Shown one piece after another: positions 62,800-64,000 of a stretch of 64,000 nt of DNA. Source of the DNA: Callorhinchus milii (taxonomy: Eukaryota). The notes below the pieces were generated by a model. The model was not told the origin of the DNA. It saw only the letters and a program-made list of their open reading frames with translations, and did no database searches. A program made the translations under genes and the position numbers. Location of the stretch: the NCBI RefSeq assembly GCF_018977255.1, contig NW_024704742.1:54810001-54874000 (forward strand). Direction: 5' to 3'. Within the stretch, counting starts at the first letter, position 1. The number at the start of each line of letters is the position of its first letter.

Positions 62800-63514
62800 T
62801 ATCCCACAAACCTGAGCAGCATCCTGCACTGTTAAGTTGTTGAATAAGATATTTATTTAATATGTGAGACAGGCCAGATTAATCCATACTCATGAATTAT
62901 ACACATCTCCTTCATGAATCCAACAGCCATCGTGTTCAGCAGCTTCTTGTGCTGTCTGCACTGGGGGCAAATGCATTATATGATATGATTTCACTTGTGA
63001 TAATTATTATATCGAATGTTGCATTTCTCCCCAATATGTGATGTGATATTAATCATATCACACACCACATTTAATTTCTACCACCTCCCCCTCCCCATTA
63101 TTTATTTTTGGGTTTGAAGTTATTTTATTAAATGTTAAAGTTACTGTATAGCAGTGGGATATTTGATCCATTATGGTTTGACAATCTCTTCTCCATGAAA
63201 TAGTACATAACTATGGATCTATCTGAATATAATCATAATAATCATTGCATTTGATATAGCTGTCTACCACGTCGAGAGTACACATCAAAGCGCTTCACAT
63301 AATATACTGTGACGTGTAGTGAATGTATATTTTATAGGCAAATGTGGCAGCTAATTTATTCACAGCAATGTCCCACAAACAACCATGAGATAAATGACTA
63401 ATTCAGATAGAATGCACAACTGTTTGAGTTTTTAAACTGCTGAAAAGCAATTATTTTATCAGAGATAACAACCTGGCATATTCCCCAATTCCACATGCTT
63501 TGTATGAAACATAA

Positions 63515-63945
63515 TGGCACAGGGGTAGAACTCTCGCCTCTGAGTCAGAAAGTTGTGAGTTAAGCCCAATATCAGGACTTGGAATCACATAGTCCAAGAT
63601 GACACACCAATGCAGTACTGAGGTTGGGTTGCATTGTCAGAGGTGCCATCCTTGGGATGAGACATGAATCCAAGGTGTTCAGGTGGATGTTAAAGATCCT
63701 ATGGCACTATTTGAAAAGATAAATGATTTTTTTCCGGTGTCTTGGCGAACAATCCCCTAAATCACTCACTTTGCAAGACTGTTTGTAAGACATTGCCATG
63801 GGAAATTGCCTGGCGCATTTTGTTCACAAAATACATAGTCAATCCACTTTACAGTATATCCTGTGAACCTCTTTGAGACGTCTCAACAACGTGATAAGGT
63901 GCTATATCAAATGCAAGGATTATTAATAATATTATTATTATTTAT
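63515..63945 (+). mobile_element. near full-length DeuSINE (family A)
   Basis: ggtagaactctcgcctctgagtcagaaagttgtgag head, gatgttaaagatcctatggcactatttgaa Deu core, L2-type tail with (TTA)n. Confidence 0.8.
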
Positions 63946-64000
63946 TTTCAGTGTATATTGTGAAGAGGTAAACATGCAGTTCATTTTGTACCAATTAATA

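Noticed and set aside
63952..63967. Candidate micro-exon ttttcag|TGTATATTGTGAAGAG|gtaaac
   Set aside because: 16 nt, frame-shifting, no ZDHHC2 similarity, and it abuts a SINE tail.

Overview
Vertebrate genomic DNA, most likely a cartilaginous fish (inferred from SacSINE1/DeuSINE-type SINEs plus dense L2 and CR1 LINEs; the species cannot be determined from sequence alone). The + strand carries the 3' part of MICU3 (mitochondrial calcium uptake 3) as ten coding exons with consistent phases from 11523 to the stop at 39397, plus a probable non-coding terminal exon near 43427-44555. The first coding exon of ZDHHC2 (54223-54346) follows, set between a G-rich minisatellite and a (CA)-rich array. Nearly all ORFs in the supplied track are spurious or are TE fragments. 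The rest is TE debris: L2, CR1, two tRNA-SINE families sharing one tail, a Harbinger transposase relic and probable non-autonomous Helitrons. I found no clearly intact novel system. The best leads are: (i) a decayed multi-copy LINE family unlike the local L2/CR1, whose motifs I recall from fungal/microsporidian-type elements; (ii) a possible Helitron shell around an L2 fragment, with an L2-derived terminator hairpin; (iii) frame-preserving MICU3 exons, one with a long AG-exclusion zone; (iv) inverted GTGAGGG/CCCTCAC arrays flanking ZDHHC2 exon 1. Exon coordinates were counted base by base; repeat boundaries are approximate.
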